DNA from: a virus
Lineage: Duplodnaviria; Heunggongvirae; Uroviricota; Caudoviricetes
Reading direction: 5' to 3' (one strand)
DNA: 34,274 nucleotides
Virus record (IMG/VR): IMGVR_UViG_2740892426_000003
The translations under genes were made by a program, and so were the position numbers. The notes under the pieces were generated by a model. That model was not told the origin of the DNA and did no database searches. It was given only the letters and a program-made list of their open reading frames with translations. Shown here in pieces: positions 16,123 through 25,190 of the stretch; position 1 is the first letter of the stretch; every line of letters starts with the position of its first letter.

Positions 16123-18002
16123 GCCAGCCTCACGATATAGTTGAAAGCGATATTTTTAACGGTGTTTTCGGCGTTCCCGGCGGCGTTCACCGTAATAGTG
16201 TGGCTGTGGGAACCCAAGGCGATAGTGTGGTTATGCGCGCCGATAGTCAGCGAATGAGTATGAGCGCCGATGGCTACTGTGTGAGTATGGACACCGTCTG
16301 TACTGGTTCTGAATTTGTAGTTATCCCAGTCTGTGTCTGCAGACCCCTGATTATTACGGGTACTGTCGAAGTAACCGTGACGCCCACCGCTGGCTTCACC
16401 CCATCCGCTGTCGTGGTTGTGAGCACCGGCTGACGCTGTTGATTTTGTCCCGTAGTCAAACGCGCTGGTATTTTTAGTACCCAAATCAGTGGAACTGGCG
16501 GTTTTAGTGCCTAAATCCGTGTTAGCGGCGCTGGCGGTGTGACCATGAGATTTAACGCCATCCTGTTCCTGAGACAGTATCGTGCGTCCGCTGGCGGGCT
16601 TCCCCTTGATTGTCCAGCCGCGCATATCCGGGATTACACCGGAGGGGTAAGCGATTGCCAGTTTAGGGTAGGCGGTTTTATTGAAGGACTGACCGACCAT
16701 CAGTGCATAGCCGCTAGGGATGGCATCGGATGGCCATGGAATGGGAGCGCCTGCTGGGTAGAGTTCTTCTGGTAAGTTTCTGCTATTAAAATCTCGCCGC
16801 CAGCCGGGAGAGTATTGTGCTCCGTGATCGATATAGATAAATTGCGCGTTGGCTATGCCTTTGGTCGATGTAGAGGGGGTAGTAATGCGGATTGTTTTTG
16901 CCGACTCAATACCCATGACCTCAATGACAGCGCCAGCCAGTTGAATATCGCCACAGCCTGTATCAGAAATGACTTTATTCGAGGCATAACTCCATGAACC
17001 TTTACACATCCAATAGGGGGTACTGAAAGCTCCCTGAACACTCAGCCAGCTTAGAAATTCAGTCGTAGTCCATGAGGCATCATTTCCACCAATAGACAGA
17101 CTGCCGCTGAAGGCACGGCAGCGGCTATTGGCATTATCCATTACTATTTTGACAGCCTTCGGTGTTGCGGCCATCGCCTCACTAACGTTATTGGTTTCGC
17201 TGTTAAGCTGGATTATCCCTTTGCGCATGGTGGTCGCATCCAGTGCGGTATATTTTCCATTAGCCAGATCGTAGGCCGCTTTCACGGCTTTAGGCGTGGC
17301 GGCCAGCGTTTCGCTGATACTGTCGATGGAGCTACTAAGCTGGACAATCCCTTTACGTGAGGTGGTGGCATCCAGTGCGGTATATTTTCCATTAGCCAGA
17401 TCGTAGGCTGCTTTCACGGCTTTGGGCGTGGCGGCCAGTGTTTCGCTGATGCTGTTGGTCGCACTGCTTAATTGAGTAAAACCTTTGGCAGTTAACGTGG
17501 CGTCAGGATGGTTACGGGACTGCGCGTGGCGAGTCAGGCTTTCATCCACATACTGCCTCGTTGCCAACACTACGGCAGGGTCGATTTTCAGTTCCACGTT
17601 TTCCGTATGGGAGACAATCAACACCATGCGGATAATCTGCGTGCGACCCGAACCTTCGATTAGCTGCGGCTTGTAGGTTGGCGGGCAGTTGCCGACGGCA
17701 ATCAGCCGGTCGTGCTCGTCGTACAGGCCAATTTCTCTGATCCACCATCCGCCTACGTCCTCCGGCAGCACCTGTTCGGCAATAATCTGGTTGGAGTTGT
17801 TAGGGTCAATACTGAGCGTATTCAGCGGTGCACGTCGACGTTCGTTGACTAGCCGGGTTTGACCGGTCTCCGGCGTTGGCAGGTTACCGTTTCCGTCGCC
17901 CACGGCCATTTGCGTCAGATGAAGAGGTGAACCCTGTGTGGTGGCGGTCGCCAGCGCGGATTCGCCAGTAGTGGTTAATAGCGTGAAATAGGTAGCGCTC
18001 AT
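16119..18002 (-). CDS. H: tail fibre protein (P2 gpH-like) with internal tandem repeats and His-x-His-rich C-terminal tip
   Basis: 627-aa ORF; three tandem ~39-aa repeats ([30 protein letters not shown]) and a C-terminal run of HxH motifs ([31 protein letters not shown]). Confidence 0.85.
   Translation of the reverse strand: MSATYFTLLTTTGESALATATTQGSPLHLTQMAVGDGNGNLPTPETGQTRLVNERRRAPLNTLSIDPNNSNQIIAEQVLPEDVGGWWIREIGLYDEHDRLIAVGNCPPTYKPQLIEGSGRTQIIRMVLIVSHTENVELKIDPAVVLATRQYVDESLTRHAQSRNHPDATLTAKGFTQLSSATNSISETLAATPKAVKAAYDLANGKYTALDATTSRKGIVQLSSSIDSISETLAATPKAVKAAYDLANGKYTALDATTMRKGIIQLNSETNNVSEAMAATPKAVKIVMDNANSRCRAFSGSLSIGGNDASWTTTEFLSWLSVQGAFSTPYWMCKGSWSYASNKVISDTGCGDIQLAGAVIEVMGIESAKTIRITTPSTSTKGIANAQFIYIDHGAQYSPGWRRDFNSRNLPEELYPAGAPIPWPSDAIPSGYALMVGQSFNKTAYPKLAIAYPSGVIPDMRGWTIKGKPASGRTILSQEQDGVKSHGHTASAANTDLGTKTASSTDLGTKNTSAFDYGTKSTASAGAHNHDSGWGEASGGRHGYFDSTRNNQGSADTDWDNYKFRTSTDGVHTHTVAIGAHTHSLTIGAHNHTIALGSHSHTITVNAAGNAENTVKNIAFNYIVRLA
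17127..17486 (-). repeat. three tandem ~117-bp repeats inside the tail fibre gene
   Basis: Near-identical nucleotide repeats visible directly in the sequence (catccagtgcggtatattttccattagccagatcgtaggc...ggcgtggcggccag...gtttcgctgat twice, plus a diverged third copy). Coordinates approximate. Confidence 0.7.
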
Positions 18003-18613
18003 GGGGCGATCCTTAGCGTATCAATCAGATGCAGCGCAGCCCCGCGGTAGTCACGGCCCACGCTGTATACATGTTCGGGAATAAAGGGATAAACGGTGAG
18101 CGTATCGCCGGTATAGTTCGTCGCGCTGAACCAGACGTATCCGTTGCTTTGCAGGCTGATCGCCAGTCCGATTAAGTGGCGTGAACAGGGTTTTGCATCA
18201 TCGATCAGGCGCTCCAGCTCTACATACATCTGCTCGGTGATGCCCTGTTCGCGCACGCCGACTTCCAGCGCGAAGGTGCCGGGAATACCTTCCGGGCGCA
18301 GTTGCCACCATTCGGTTACCCGGATAAGGAAACCGAGCGGTTCCACCGCACGCTGCAGTGCGCCGATGGTGCCTTTGTGCTGATGGATGTAGAAAGAAGC
18401 AGCAATCACCTGCCGCTTGGTATCGGCTGGCCAGTTTTCATCCCAGCGGTCAACGGAAAACGCCCATGCCAGATAAGGCAACAGCGCGGCGGGGCAGCTA
18501 TCCGGTTGCCACAAGCTACGCAGCGGGACTGGCATTTGTTCAGTCAGACTGCCGGTTTGCGCCAGATTCTGCTCCAGCGAGCTGGCATTGTTGGGGAGCA
18601 GGGAGCTATTCAT
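17999..18613 (-). CDS. I: baseplate assembly protein I
   Basis: Start set at [15 protein letters not shown] (preceded by GGGGGAAG), overlapping the J stop; C-terminal region resembles P2 gpI. Confidence 0.85.
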   Translation of the reverse strand: MNSSLLPNNASSLEQNLAQTGSLTEQMPVPLRSLWQPDSCPAALLPYLAWAFSVDRWDENWPADTKRQVIAASFYIHQHKGTIGALQRAVEPLGFLIRVTEWWQLRPEGIPGTFALEVGVREQGITEQMYVELERLIDDAKPCSRHLIGLAISLQSNGYVWFSATNYTGDTLTVYPFIPEHVYSVGRDYRGAALHLIDTLRIAP

Positions 18614-19517
18614 CGCTTCCCCCGATGGCAATTTGCCATCCGGTGCAGTAGCTGGCCTGCGTTTTGTTGATAATGACATCAACGGCAGGGGAGAGCAGTT
18701 CTACGCGCTGAACGCCGGTGACATGCAGTGCGGCGTAAATCGCGCTGCGGCGAATATCGCGCCCGATTCGATGCTGGTCATTGACGTAGCTTTGTAGCCG
18801 CTGCTCGGCGGCCTGCCGAATGGGTTCCTGCTCCGGGCCGGGATAGCAATAAAGTACGGCATCAATCTGATACGGGATCACTTCGGCGGACTGAATGGTT
18901 GGGCGATCGCCTACCGGACGAATATCAATATCGTTCAGGGCGGAATCGACTATCGCCAGCAGTTCTGCGCTGGCCAGCCCGTTGCCTTCGCGGGAGAGTA
19001 CCGACACGGTGACGTAACAGGGATGTGGACTGATGGCGGAAACGTCAGCAATGCGCCCATCTGCGCTGCGGGCGTGATATTCGTAGGCGGCGGTCGGGCC
19101 TGCGACGGACAGACCTTCAAACGCCTGCTGTGCGCGCATTCGTAAATCGCTGTCGGATTCATGAACCGGATCAACGGGCGGTATCGCCGTACTGTCTCCG
19201 GGAGAGATTTGCAGGCGAAAAACCTTAAAGTTAGCGACCAGATTATCCAGATCGCGCCCGGCGGCATGGGCCAGCATATTAGCAACGGCGGCTTCATTGA
19301 TGCGTACCCGCAGCGCCATCTCTAAGTAAGTATTTTCCTGCAACAGCTTGACGAAGGGTTCTGATTCATAGCCCAGCGTGCGGGTAACTTCTGCTTGCTG
19401 TTCGGCTGGATACAGGCTGATAAAGCGCTGCTTGCGGGCGGTGAACAGGGTTTCAAAATCGAGTGTTTCCACCACATCAGGGATGGGTAACTGGCTTAAA
19501 TCGGTCAGCGCGCTCAT
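18606..19517 (-). CDS. J: baseplate protein J
   Basis: Start set at MSALTDLSQLPIPDVVE (recalled P2 gpJ N-terminus), overlapping the W stop; ends ...GGSDE as in P2 gpJ. Confidence 0.9.
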   Translation of the reverse strand: MSALTDLSQLPIPDVVETLDFETLFTARKQRFISLYPAEQQAEVTRTLGYESEPFVKLLQENTYLEMALRVRINEAAVANMLAHAAGRDLDNLVANFKVFRLQISPGDSTAIPPVDPVHESDSDLRMRAQQAFEGLSVAGPTAAYEYHARSADGRIADVSAISPHPCYVTVSVLSREGNGLASAELLAIVDSALNDIDIRPVGDRPTIQSAEVIPYQIDAVLYCYPGPEQEPIRQAAEQRLQSYVNDQHRIGRDIRRSAIYAALHVTGVQRVELLSPAVDVIINKTQASYCTGWQIAIGGSDE

Positions 19518-19864
19518 GGACGTCTCCTGTCGATCGGAATGGAGAATGCCCACGGCTGCCCGGGGATATCGGTACGTTCGGCTTCAATAGTGACGCTGAG
19601 ATCGGCATTTTCCGCAGCAAAGTCCACGCCGATAATCTCGAGGCGGGGTTCCCAGCGCGTCAGCGCCATAACCACCGCCGACATCACCCGCAGCCGGGTG
19701 CCGCCATCGTTGGGCTGGTCGATCAGGTTGCCGATCAGTGAGCCATAATCGCGACGCATCACGCGCGTACCTACCGGCGTGGCCAGAATATCTTTTACGG
19801 ATTGCTTAATGTGCAACTCATCGCTTAATGCTCTGCCGGTTTCGGCGTTCATACCGAGGTACAT
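19514..19864 (-). CDS. W: baseplate protein W (gp25-like wedge subunit)
   Basis: 116-aa ORF between V and J. Confidence 0.85.
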   Translation of the reverse strand: MYLGMNAETGRALSDELHIKQSVKDILATPVGTRVMRRDYGSLIGNLIDQPNDGGTRLRVMSAVVMALTRWEPRLEIIGVDFAAENADLSVTIEAERTDIPGQPWAFSIPIDRRRP

Positions 19865-20463
19865 TACTGCGGCCCTCCGGTATTGCTACCGCCGCGCTCT
19901 ACGCCTGTGTGCGTGTGGGTATGGACGGTGACGCCGTTGGAGGTAAAACTGCCGCTGCTGTGGGTGTAAGTGCCTTTAAGCGTGCCGCCTTTTTTAACCG
20001 ACAGCGTGGCGGTTTCCAGATGCTGGGTGCAGACGACGAGCGGTGTATCCAGCGTGACGCGGGTGTTGGCTTCGACCAGTGCGGTCTTGATGCCGGTGGC
20101 TTTTAACGCGCTGGAGCGCGGATCATATTCAATCACCGCACCATCGGGGTAAACGCTATGGTGAACCTGTTCATCCAGCAGCGGGGCGGGGTTGGCGTCA
20201 GAGTAAATGGCAGGAAGCGCCACGGCGGTGGTTAACTCACCGCTTAAACAGAGCAGTAACACCTGTTCGCCTGTTGATGGTCGCCACCACGTCCGGGCAT
20301 CACCGGCGCGCAGCGTCAGCCACGGTATCCAGTTGGTGGTCAGTTCACCAGTGTGAATGCGTACTCGATCGCCCTTCACCTCTTCAACGGTGCCGGTACG
20401 GATCAGGTTTTCAATGCGCCGGTGCAGCTCGGCGAGGTTGGCTGGGTGGTTTGCGTCGCTCAT
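19864..20463 (-). CDS. V: baseplate spike/hub protein V
   Basis: 199-aa ORF; C-terminal HTHTHTG metal-binding repeat typical of spike tips; first gene of the V-W-J-I-H-G operon. Confidence 0.85.
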   Translation of the reverse strand: MSDANHPANLAELHRRIENLIRTGTVEEVKGDRVRIHTGELTTNWIPWLTLRAGDARTWWRPSTGEQVLLLCLSGELTTAVALPAIYSDANPAPLLDEQVHHSVYPDGAVIEYDPRSSALKATGIKTALVEANTRVTLDTPLVVCTQHLETATLSVKKGGTLKGTYTHSSGSFTSNGVTVHTHTHTGVERGGSNTGGPQ

Positions 20464-20507
20464 GCCGGAATCATTGGGATTCGCGGGCGAAGAGGGAAGG
20501 GCTAAGG

Positions 20508-20530
20508 CTTGTAGGATAATGGGCTACAAG
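20508..20530 (-). promoter_or_regulatory. late-promoter activator site (CTTGTA-N11-TACAAG dyad) upstream of V
   Basis: Perfect hexamer inverted repeat with 11-bp spacer; same element found upstream of FI, X and in the O/P divergent region. Confidence 0.6.
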
Positions 20531-20533
20531 TAA

Positions 20534-20555
20534 AACGCCCCTGAGTAGGGGCGTT
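20534..20555 (-). terminator. rho-independent terminator downstream of hicB
   Basis: 8-bp GC-rich stem (ACGCCCCT/AGGGGCGT) with 4-nt loop, followed on the minus strand by UUUUAC. Confidence 0.6.
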
Positions 20556-20569
20556 GAACGAAAAAGAGC

Positions 20570-20905
20570 TTAACCGTGCGCAGCCTTCATCAGTGTATCG
20601 TTAATCCACTGGTTAACGCTTTTACCGGAGACTTCTGCCGCAACGTTAATGGCAGAGTGAATTTCAGGTGGAATACGCAGGCTGATTTTTCCGCTGGCCG
20701 GACGCAACGGCTCCCGGCCCCGTTCCTCGCAGTAAGCCAGATAGTCGTCTACCGCCTCTTCAAACGCTTTACGCAGATCGGCAACATTATCGGCATGAAA
20801 GCCAATGACATCCCGAATGCCTGCAACGTGACCAACAATGCATTGATCTTCATCGCTGTATTCAATTTTTGCGGCATAGCCTCTATATGTCATGGTATTC
20901 ATCAT
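20570..20905 (-). CDS. hicB: HicB-family antitoxin (RNase-H-like N-domain + C-terminal RHH)
   Basis: 111-aa ORF; YRGYAAKIEYSDEDQCIVGHVAGI...DLRKAFEEAVDDYLAYCEERGREPLRP is a HicB pattern; C-terminal ISLRIPPEIHSAINVAA is RHH-like. Confidence 0.8.
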   Translation of the reverse strand: MMNTMTYRGYAAKIEYSDEDQCIVGHVAGIRDVIGFHADNVADLRKAFEEAVDDYLAYCEERGREPLRPASGKISLRIPPEIHSAINVAAEVSGKSVNQWINDTLMKAAHG

Positions 20906-21165
20906 GGTGTTACCCCTACAGCTTCAAGGAATGTTCTGGCATCGCGAACCTGATAGGCTTTCGCTTCTTTTTCCGGGTGTGGACGATGAAATGAAGCCAC
21001 AACCTGATTAATTTCAAACCTGACGCGGGAACCGTTTCCTTCCGTAGCAATAGCCCCCAAAGCAATAAATAAGGCTTCTATTTTTCGCCATTCCAGCGTG
21101 ACAGGTGTTGGCGTAGAAAAAACAGCTTGTAAGGTTTTTTTATGTTTGGCGCTTAACGTATTCAT
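20902..21165 (-). CDS. hicA: HicA-family toxin (putative mRNA interferase)
   Basis: 87-aa ORF overlapping the hicB start; GNGSRVRFE...FHRPHPEKEAKAYQVRDARTFLEAVG resembles HicA/YcfA, with Arg where the usual GSH histidine sits. Confidence 0.65.
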   Translation of the reverse strand: MNTLSAKHKKTLQAVFSTPTPVTLEWRKIEALFIALGAIATEGNGSRVRFEINQVVASFHRPHPEKEAKAYQVRDARTFLEAVGVTP

Positions 21166-21213
21166 ACAGGGTATTTTCCATAAGTTATTTTATTCTTCCG
21201 CCAAGATATAATG

Positions 21214-21236
21214 ATGATATCATTTTTTGATATCAT
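21214..21236 (-). promoter_or_regulatory. tandem palindromic operator-like sites (TGATATCA x2) in the hicAB promoter region
   Basis: Two copies of the palindrome TGATATCA, 13 bp centre to centre, between the S stop and the hicA start. Confidence 0.5.
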
Positions 21237-21237
21237 T

Positions 21238-21684
21238 TCAAGTCAGGAAGTGAACGATTAGCGCCTCTATTTTTCGCACATCCTCCGCCGAAAACCCCAG
21301 CAACTGCCTTTGTGCGTAATCCACCTCCAACCCGTAGCGATTTACCCGATCGCGCAGGCCATACTGATGAACGGCAGCCATATGTCGAACGCTGCTGAGA
21401 AACGAAATGGTTGCTCCCTGCCCATCGCCTTTCCCTTTCATATAGCGTGCGGTACGCAGCTTACGGAACATCTGGCGGCGGATCTTTCCTTTTTTACTGC
21501 GTAGCTGGAGCTTACGGGGGGCGAACGGTGAGCCGTCCGGGTTTTTCTGCGCGGTTATTCGCTGGCTTTGCGACTGGCGCAGGCTGCGGGCGATTTCCCG
21601 TGCCAGTTGGGTTCGGCTTGCCGGGGAGAGCTTTGCGAGCAGGCCATCGGCCCAGCGGTGGAGTTGTTGCAGGTCGTCGCTCAT
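21238..21684 (-). CDS. S: tail completion protein S
   Basis: 148-aa ORF downstream of R, P2 order. Confidence 0.85.
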   Translation of the reverse strand: MSDDLQQLHRWADGLLAKLSPASRTQLAREIARSLRQSQSQRITAQKNPDGSPFAPRKLQLRSKKGKIRRQMFRKLRTARYMKGKGDGQGATISFLSSVRHMAAVHQYGLRDRVNRYGLEVDYAQRQLLGFSAEDVRKIEALIVHFLT

Positions 21685-22142
21685 CAGGTGCTCACAATCG
21701 TTTCACCGCGACAGGCGATTTCCCAGCCGTTGTAACCGCTTTCTGGCTGCTGGTCGTTACAGTGCTTTGCTTCCAGACTACCGTCGCGCTGGCGAACAAT
21801 GACGCGCTCGGTCAGCGCCAGTTTGATGCTGATATCGTAGCTCTGATGGTCGATGGCTTCGGCCTCAAACTGAAACGCCTGCTCGCGCAGGTCGCTATTG
21901 GCGAAGGCTTCCTGCTGGTGAAGCGACATCCAGCCGACCAGCGGCACCATCAGTGTATCGGGATCGGCGGCGTAGTCGGTGATCAACAGTTCCAGCGTGT
22001 ACTGGTATTCAAAACTGGTGCTGCGCCCTGCGGTGGCGACGATCCGGCCCTTATTGATAAAGACCCGCAGCGTGTCCGGGTTCTGCTGTAGATGCGGGAC
22101 GCTGGCGGCCAGCAGTTCACGGATGAGCTGCGCTTTGTGCAT
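21684..22142 (-). CDS. R: tail completion protein R
   Basis: 152-aa ORF following the lysis cassette, P2 order. Confidence 0.8.
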   Translation of the reverse strand: MHKAQLIRELLAASVPHLQQNPDTLRVFINKGRIVATAGRSTSFEYQYTLELLITDYAADPDTLMVPLVGWMSLHQQEAFANSDLREQAFQFEAEAIDHQSYDISIKLALTERVIVRQRDGSLEAKHCNDQQPESGYNGWEIACRGETIVST

Positions 22143-22392
22143 CGATACGCTCCTGACAGCTAATCGTCATATCCACCTGCGCAGCGCACTGGTGCCACGC
22201 GTTTTCAGTTTCCAGCAGTGCGCGGCTTAAATCCTCATTACTCTGCGGTTGCAGCGCCGGAAGCTGGCAGGGCGTCAGTTTCGGGCAATTGACGGTAAGC
22301 CGCACTGCCGGTAATGGTGGTGTGCTGGTGCAGGCGGATAATATCAGCGAGCAAAGCAGTATCAGCCCATTCACGAAGCTGTTGATTTTCAC
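22117..22392 (-). CDS. lysC: LysC-like o-spanin lipoprotein (Rz1-like), overlapping the lysB 3' end in another frame
   Basis: 91-aa ORF with signal peptide and lipobox (LILSAC), Pro-rich mature region; overlapping arrangement as in P2 lysB/lysC. Confidence 0.6.
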   Translation of the reverse strand: MKINSFVNGLILLCSLILSACTSTPPLPAVRLTVNCPKLTPCQLPALQPQSNEDLSRALLETENAWHQCAAQVDMTISCQERIDAQSAAHP

Positions 22393-22687
22393 GTTTCAGT
22401 TTCTCCAGTTGTTGATTGTGCTGCCGTAGCTGGTCATGGGCGTCGGCGGTTTGCTGTTGCAGCGTCAGGTATGCCTGCTGGTCGGCGTCGGCCTGTTGCT
22501 GGAGTTCGTCCAGTTCCTGCACTTTTGTCATCAGGGATTCGGTCAGGCTGGCAATCTGAGTGTCGGCCAGCCTGATGTGCTGCTGCTGTTCAATAAGCTG
22601 TTCCTGCTGCGTCATACGCTGCCAGTTCGTCCAGAGCAGCATCACGCCGAGCAACAGCAGCGGCGCGGCTTTTATCCAGCCCATCAT
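22238..22687 (-). CDS. lysB: LysB-like i-spanin (Rz-like)
   Basis: 149-aa ORF with N-terminal TM segment (AAPLLLLGVMLLW) and Q/E-rich coiled-coil periplasmic domain, downstream of the endolysin. Confidence 0.7.
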   Translation of the reverse strand: MMGWIKAAPLLLLGVMLLWTNWQRMTQQEQLIEQQQHIRLADTQIASLTESLMTKVQELDELQQQADADQQAYLTLQQQTADAHDQLRQHNQQLEKLKRENQQLREWADTALLADIIRLHQHTTITGSAAYRQLPETDALPASGAATAE

Positions 22688-23274
22688 GCTGCCGCCTTAC
22701 TGAATTTTTCGAAGGCGATCGCCAGCTTCGTATCGTACTGGTTGCGTTTGTACTGTGGCCCGTTGTAGCGGCGGGCGAACTCTGGCCAGTTCTGTACCTT
22801 CATCGCGTCGTGGATCTTCGAATTGGCCTCAACGAAGCGCACGAAGGCGTCAAGCTGCATCTGCTCGCTGTCGTTCATCTGCTTTTCAAAGTCGGCGGCA
22901 GAGGCGTAGCCCAGCGCTTTCCAGTGAAAGCCCATAATCTGGAACAGTCCCCAGCTTGCGCTCTCAATGGCGGCGGTGCTGTGGATCTGTTTCGCCAGAT
23001 TCAGACGGTAGTGCTCACGGCTTCCGCCCTGATAGCCGCCTGTGCTCTTGTTCACCAGATCCGGGTCATTCTGCGCCAGCCGGTCGGCGTCCAGTCCGTG
23101 GCTTTTTAACTGGCGGTACATGATGTGGCGTTCAAACAAAAGAGCCGGGTGGCCATCGGGCAGGAAGCCGTGAGATCGGGCTTCAACCTCCTGCACCGCC
23201 TGTAATGCCGCCAGCGGGATACCCAGATACAACGCGGCGGCCTGCTGCTGATCATGGGTGAGTGTACGAGTCAT
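22684..23274 (-). CDS. endolysin (predicted muramidase)
   Basis: 196-aa soluble ORF between the holin/LysA-like genes and the spanins; catalytic family not assigned by eye. Confidence 0.7.
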   Translation of the reverse strand: MTRTLTHDQQQAAALYLGIPLAALQAVQEVEARSHGFLPDGHPALLFERHIMYRQLKSHGLDADRLAQNDPDLVNKSTGGYQGGSREHYRLNLAKQIHSTAAIESASWGLFQIMGFHWKALGYASAADFEKQMNDSEQMQLDAFVRFVEANSKIHDAMKVQNWPEFARRYNGPQYKRNQYDTKLAIAFEKFSKAAA

Positions 23275-23566
23275 GGCGTGGCTCCTTCGGGTGATGACGT
23301 AAGGGGTTAATCAGACTGGCGACGTTGCCGCGTGCAGCGCTCAGGCAAATCAGCAGCACGATGTTGATGGCGGTTTCGGCGATAAACACGTAGCGGTACA
23401 GGCTGAAACAAATCAGTACCGCCACCGATGCGGTGCAGCACATCAGCAGCCACGCCAGCCAGCTATACAGCGGGCGATAGGTAGTACCGTGAATGCGGCG
23501 ATAGAGGAACAGGCGGACGGTAATCAGCAGGCAAATAATGGCGTTAAGGCTCAGGATTAGTTTCAT
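23252..23566 (-). CDS. LysA-like small membrane protein (putative antiholin/lysis regulator)
   Basis: 104-aa ORF with three hydrophobic segments, between holin and endolysin. Confidence 0.55.
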   Translation of the reverse strand: MKLILSLNAIICLLITVRLFLYRRIHGTTYRPLYSWLAWLLMCCTASVAVLICFSLYRYVFIAETAINIVLLICLSAARGNVASLINPLRHHPKEPRHDSYTHP

Positions 23567-23952
23567 TTGCGTCCCCTTAAAAAGTCGAGCAGTTGACCGG
23601 GGTTATCCAGTTGTCGGATGGCCCATAGCAGCGCCTTGACGGTAAGCGCCGATGAGAGCAGCGCCCCGATACCGGGGGAGACTTTTTCCATCAGATGCTG
23701 CGGCAGATATCCGGCGACCAGCGCGGTAAACAGGTCGGCGGTCAGCAGGCCGATCACAAACGCCACGCAGAAGAAAATGATGCGCAGGAACAGGCCGATC
23801 TCTTTTTGCGAAATCACCAGCAGCAGCGCGCCACACAATGCGCCGAGCACTACCGGAGCCTGTAGCGTCGGGAACAGCGTGGCAATGGAGAATGCGCTTA
23901 CGGAAGCGGCGACGACGGTGCCGGTTACGGGTTCGTTCATAGTCAGTCCCAC
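23563..23952 (-). CDS. holin
   Basis: 129-aa ORF with multiple TM segments and charged C-terminus, immediately after X. Confidence 0.7.
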   Translation of the reverse strand: MGLTMNEPVTGTVVAASVSAFSIATLFPTLQAPVVLGALCGALLLVISQKEIGLFLRIIFFCVAFVIGLLTADLFTALVAGYLPQHLMEKVSPGIGALLSSALTVKALLWAIRQLDNPGQLLDFLRGRK

Positions 23953-24146
23953 AGGTTGATTCGTTGACGTGCGGTGGCGGGAGCCTGTTCCGGTACGTTA
24001 ACCGCCGTACCGTGTGGCAGGCGCAGCGGCAGTTCGCACAGGCGCGGGTTGTTCTGGTAAAGCTGTTCGACAATCCCGGCAGTGCGCCCGAAGATGCGCC
24101 AGCAGAGCTGATCGAGCGTTTCGTTTTGCAGGCTATAGACAATCAT
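23943..24146 (-). CDS. X: tail protein X
   Basis: 67-aa ORF at the X position with a LysM-like pattern (ETLDQLCWRIFG...). Confidence 0.8.
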   Translation of the reverse strand: MIVYSLQNETLDQLCWRIFGRTAGIVEQLYQNNPRLCELPLRLPHGTAVNVPEQAPATARQRINLWD

Positions 24147-24218
24147 GGTGTTTCCCGCGCGGCGTCAGGTGATGCGGGGATGGTGGCACAGGGGCGGGAA
24201 GTGAAGGGAAGGCTTCCG

Positions 24219-24241
24219 CTTGTAACTGAGGGCAGTACAAG
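24219..24241 (-). promoter_or_regulatory. late-promoter activator site (CTTGTA-N11-TACAAG dyad, extended to a 13-bp inverted repeat) upstream of X
   Basis: GCTTCCGCTTGTA...TACAAGCGGAAGC, centred about 84 bp upstream of the X start. Confidence 0.6.
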
Positions 24242-24260
24242 CGGAAGCGATTGGCGAGGG

Positions 24261-24581
24261 CTATGCCTCGTCGCTGTCGGTATTGATGATTTTCAGTTCA
24301 GCGGACTTCTGGAGCTGGATCAGCGCCGGAAGCAGAAGCGCGGTAGCCGACAGGCCATGCCCTAGCTGGCACAGGCTTTCAGCGGAGAATTCCAGCACGT
24401 TGCTGTCGGCAAAGGAGACGAAGGTTTTACCCAGAAAATGCAGGCCGTGACATAGTCCGGCGTAGCACTCTTCGCTGCTGTTGGCCAGTAGCAGAGTATC
24501 GTCGGCGTTCAGGTGTGAAATATCCATCTTGCGGATCGCGTCCGCCAGTTCAGAGGACAGAATATTGGTTTCAGGCACCAT
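24261..24581 (-). CDS. hypothetical protein (106 aa)
   Basis: ORF in GC-rich backbone-like DNA; overlaps the upstream 68-aa ORF by 11 nt; no motif recognised. Confidence 0.4.
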   Translation of the reverse strand: MVPETNILSSELADAIRKMDISHLNADDTLLLANSSEECYAGLCHGLHFLGKTFVSFADSNVLEFSAESLCQLGHGLSATALLLPALIQLQKSAELKIINTDSDEA

Positions 24582-24777
24582 GGCGCACCTCCAGCGGTTT
24601 GCAGGAGACGAACACCAGCGGGAAACCCGCCAGCAGGTCGCGAGCCTCGATTTCAGTTGTTGCCAGTACAGACACCAGACGCAGGGGCTGGATCTCGCGC
24701 AGCAGGCGGTTGGAACGGGCGTTCAGGAAGGTGTAGAGCTTTGAATGTGCGCGTATGTTACTATTAGCGGTAGCCAT
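24571..24777 (-). CDS. hypothetical protein (68 aa)
   Basis: Small ORF upstream of and overlapping the 106-aa ORF; the pair could be one frameshifted gene. Confidence 0.35.
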   Translation of the reverse strand: MATANSNIRAHSKLYTFLNARSNRLLREIQPLRLVSVLATTEIEARDLLAGFPLVFVSCKPLEVRHGA

Positions 24778-24866
24778 AGCATTAGCCTCTTTAATGTTGT
24801 GGTCAGAGGCCCGTCGGTGTTGGTAGCACCTGCGGGCTTCGTTCGTTTAAGGGTTGCAAAACATCA

Positions 24867-24918
24867 CGTAATTGCGATGTAATTACAACTACATCATTCT
24901 AAGGATTTTGTAATTACA
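24867..24918 (+). promoter_or_regulatory. operator-like palindromes (2 x TGTAATTACA plus a CGTAATTGCG half-match) upstream of the RHH gene
   Basis: Perfect 10-bp palindromes at about 24878-24887 and 24909-24918, 31 bp centre to centre; the second abuts the ATG. Confidence 0.55.
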
Positions 24919-25089
24919 ATGTCAAGTGAAAAGGCTAAAACAGATCAGTACCAACTTCGTCTTGCTCATGAATTTAGAAAGCAGCTTGAAGAACAGGCTC
25001 GTAAAGATGGAGATACCTCTCTCGCAACATGGATAAAACGCGTTTTGCGTAAGGAACTTCAGTCACGAGGTATTGAACCCAAAGGATAA
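24919..25089 (+). CDS. Arc/MetJ-type ribbon-helix-helix DNA-binding protein (56 aa; below the ORF-track size cutoff)
   Basis: Hand translation MSSEKAKTDQYQLRLAHEFRKQLEEQARKDGDTSLATWIKRVLRKELQSRGIEPKG; the strand-then-two-helices pattern resembles Arc repressor. Confidence 0.65.
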   Translation: MSSEKAKTDQYQLRLAHEFRKQLEEQARKDGDTSLATWIKRVLRKELQSRGIEPKG

Positions 25090-25190
25090 TTACGGAGATA
25101 TCAAGCAGCGCTAAGAAGTTAGGATTATTTGTTCAGCCCAGATTAGTCGATATGCACTGATTAACTTAAACATTGTGTGTAGGAGGTGTT

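Noticed and set aside
21411-22091. 226-aa plus-strand ORF across genes S and R
   Set aside because: Antisense to two conserved tail completion genes; Gly/Ala/Arg-rich composition typical of reverse-frame artefacts.
23603-24142. 179-aa minus-strand ORF overlapping holin and X in another frame
   Set aside because: Arg/Cys-rich low-complexity translation; the holin and X frames give sensible membrane and LysM-like proteins instead.
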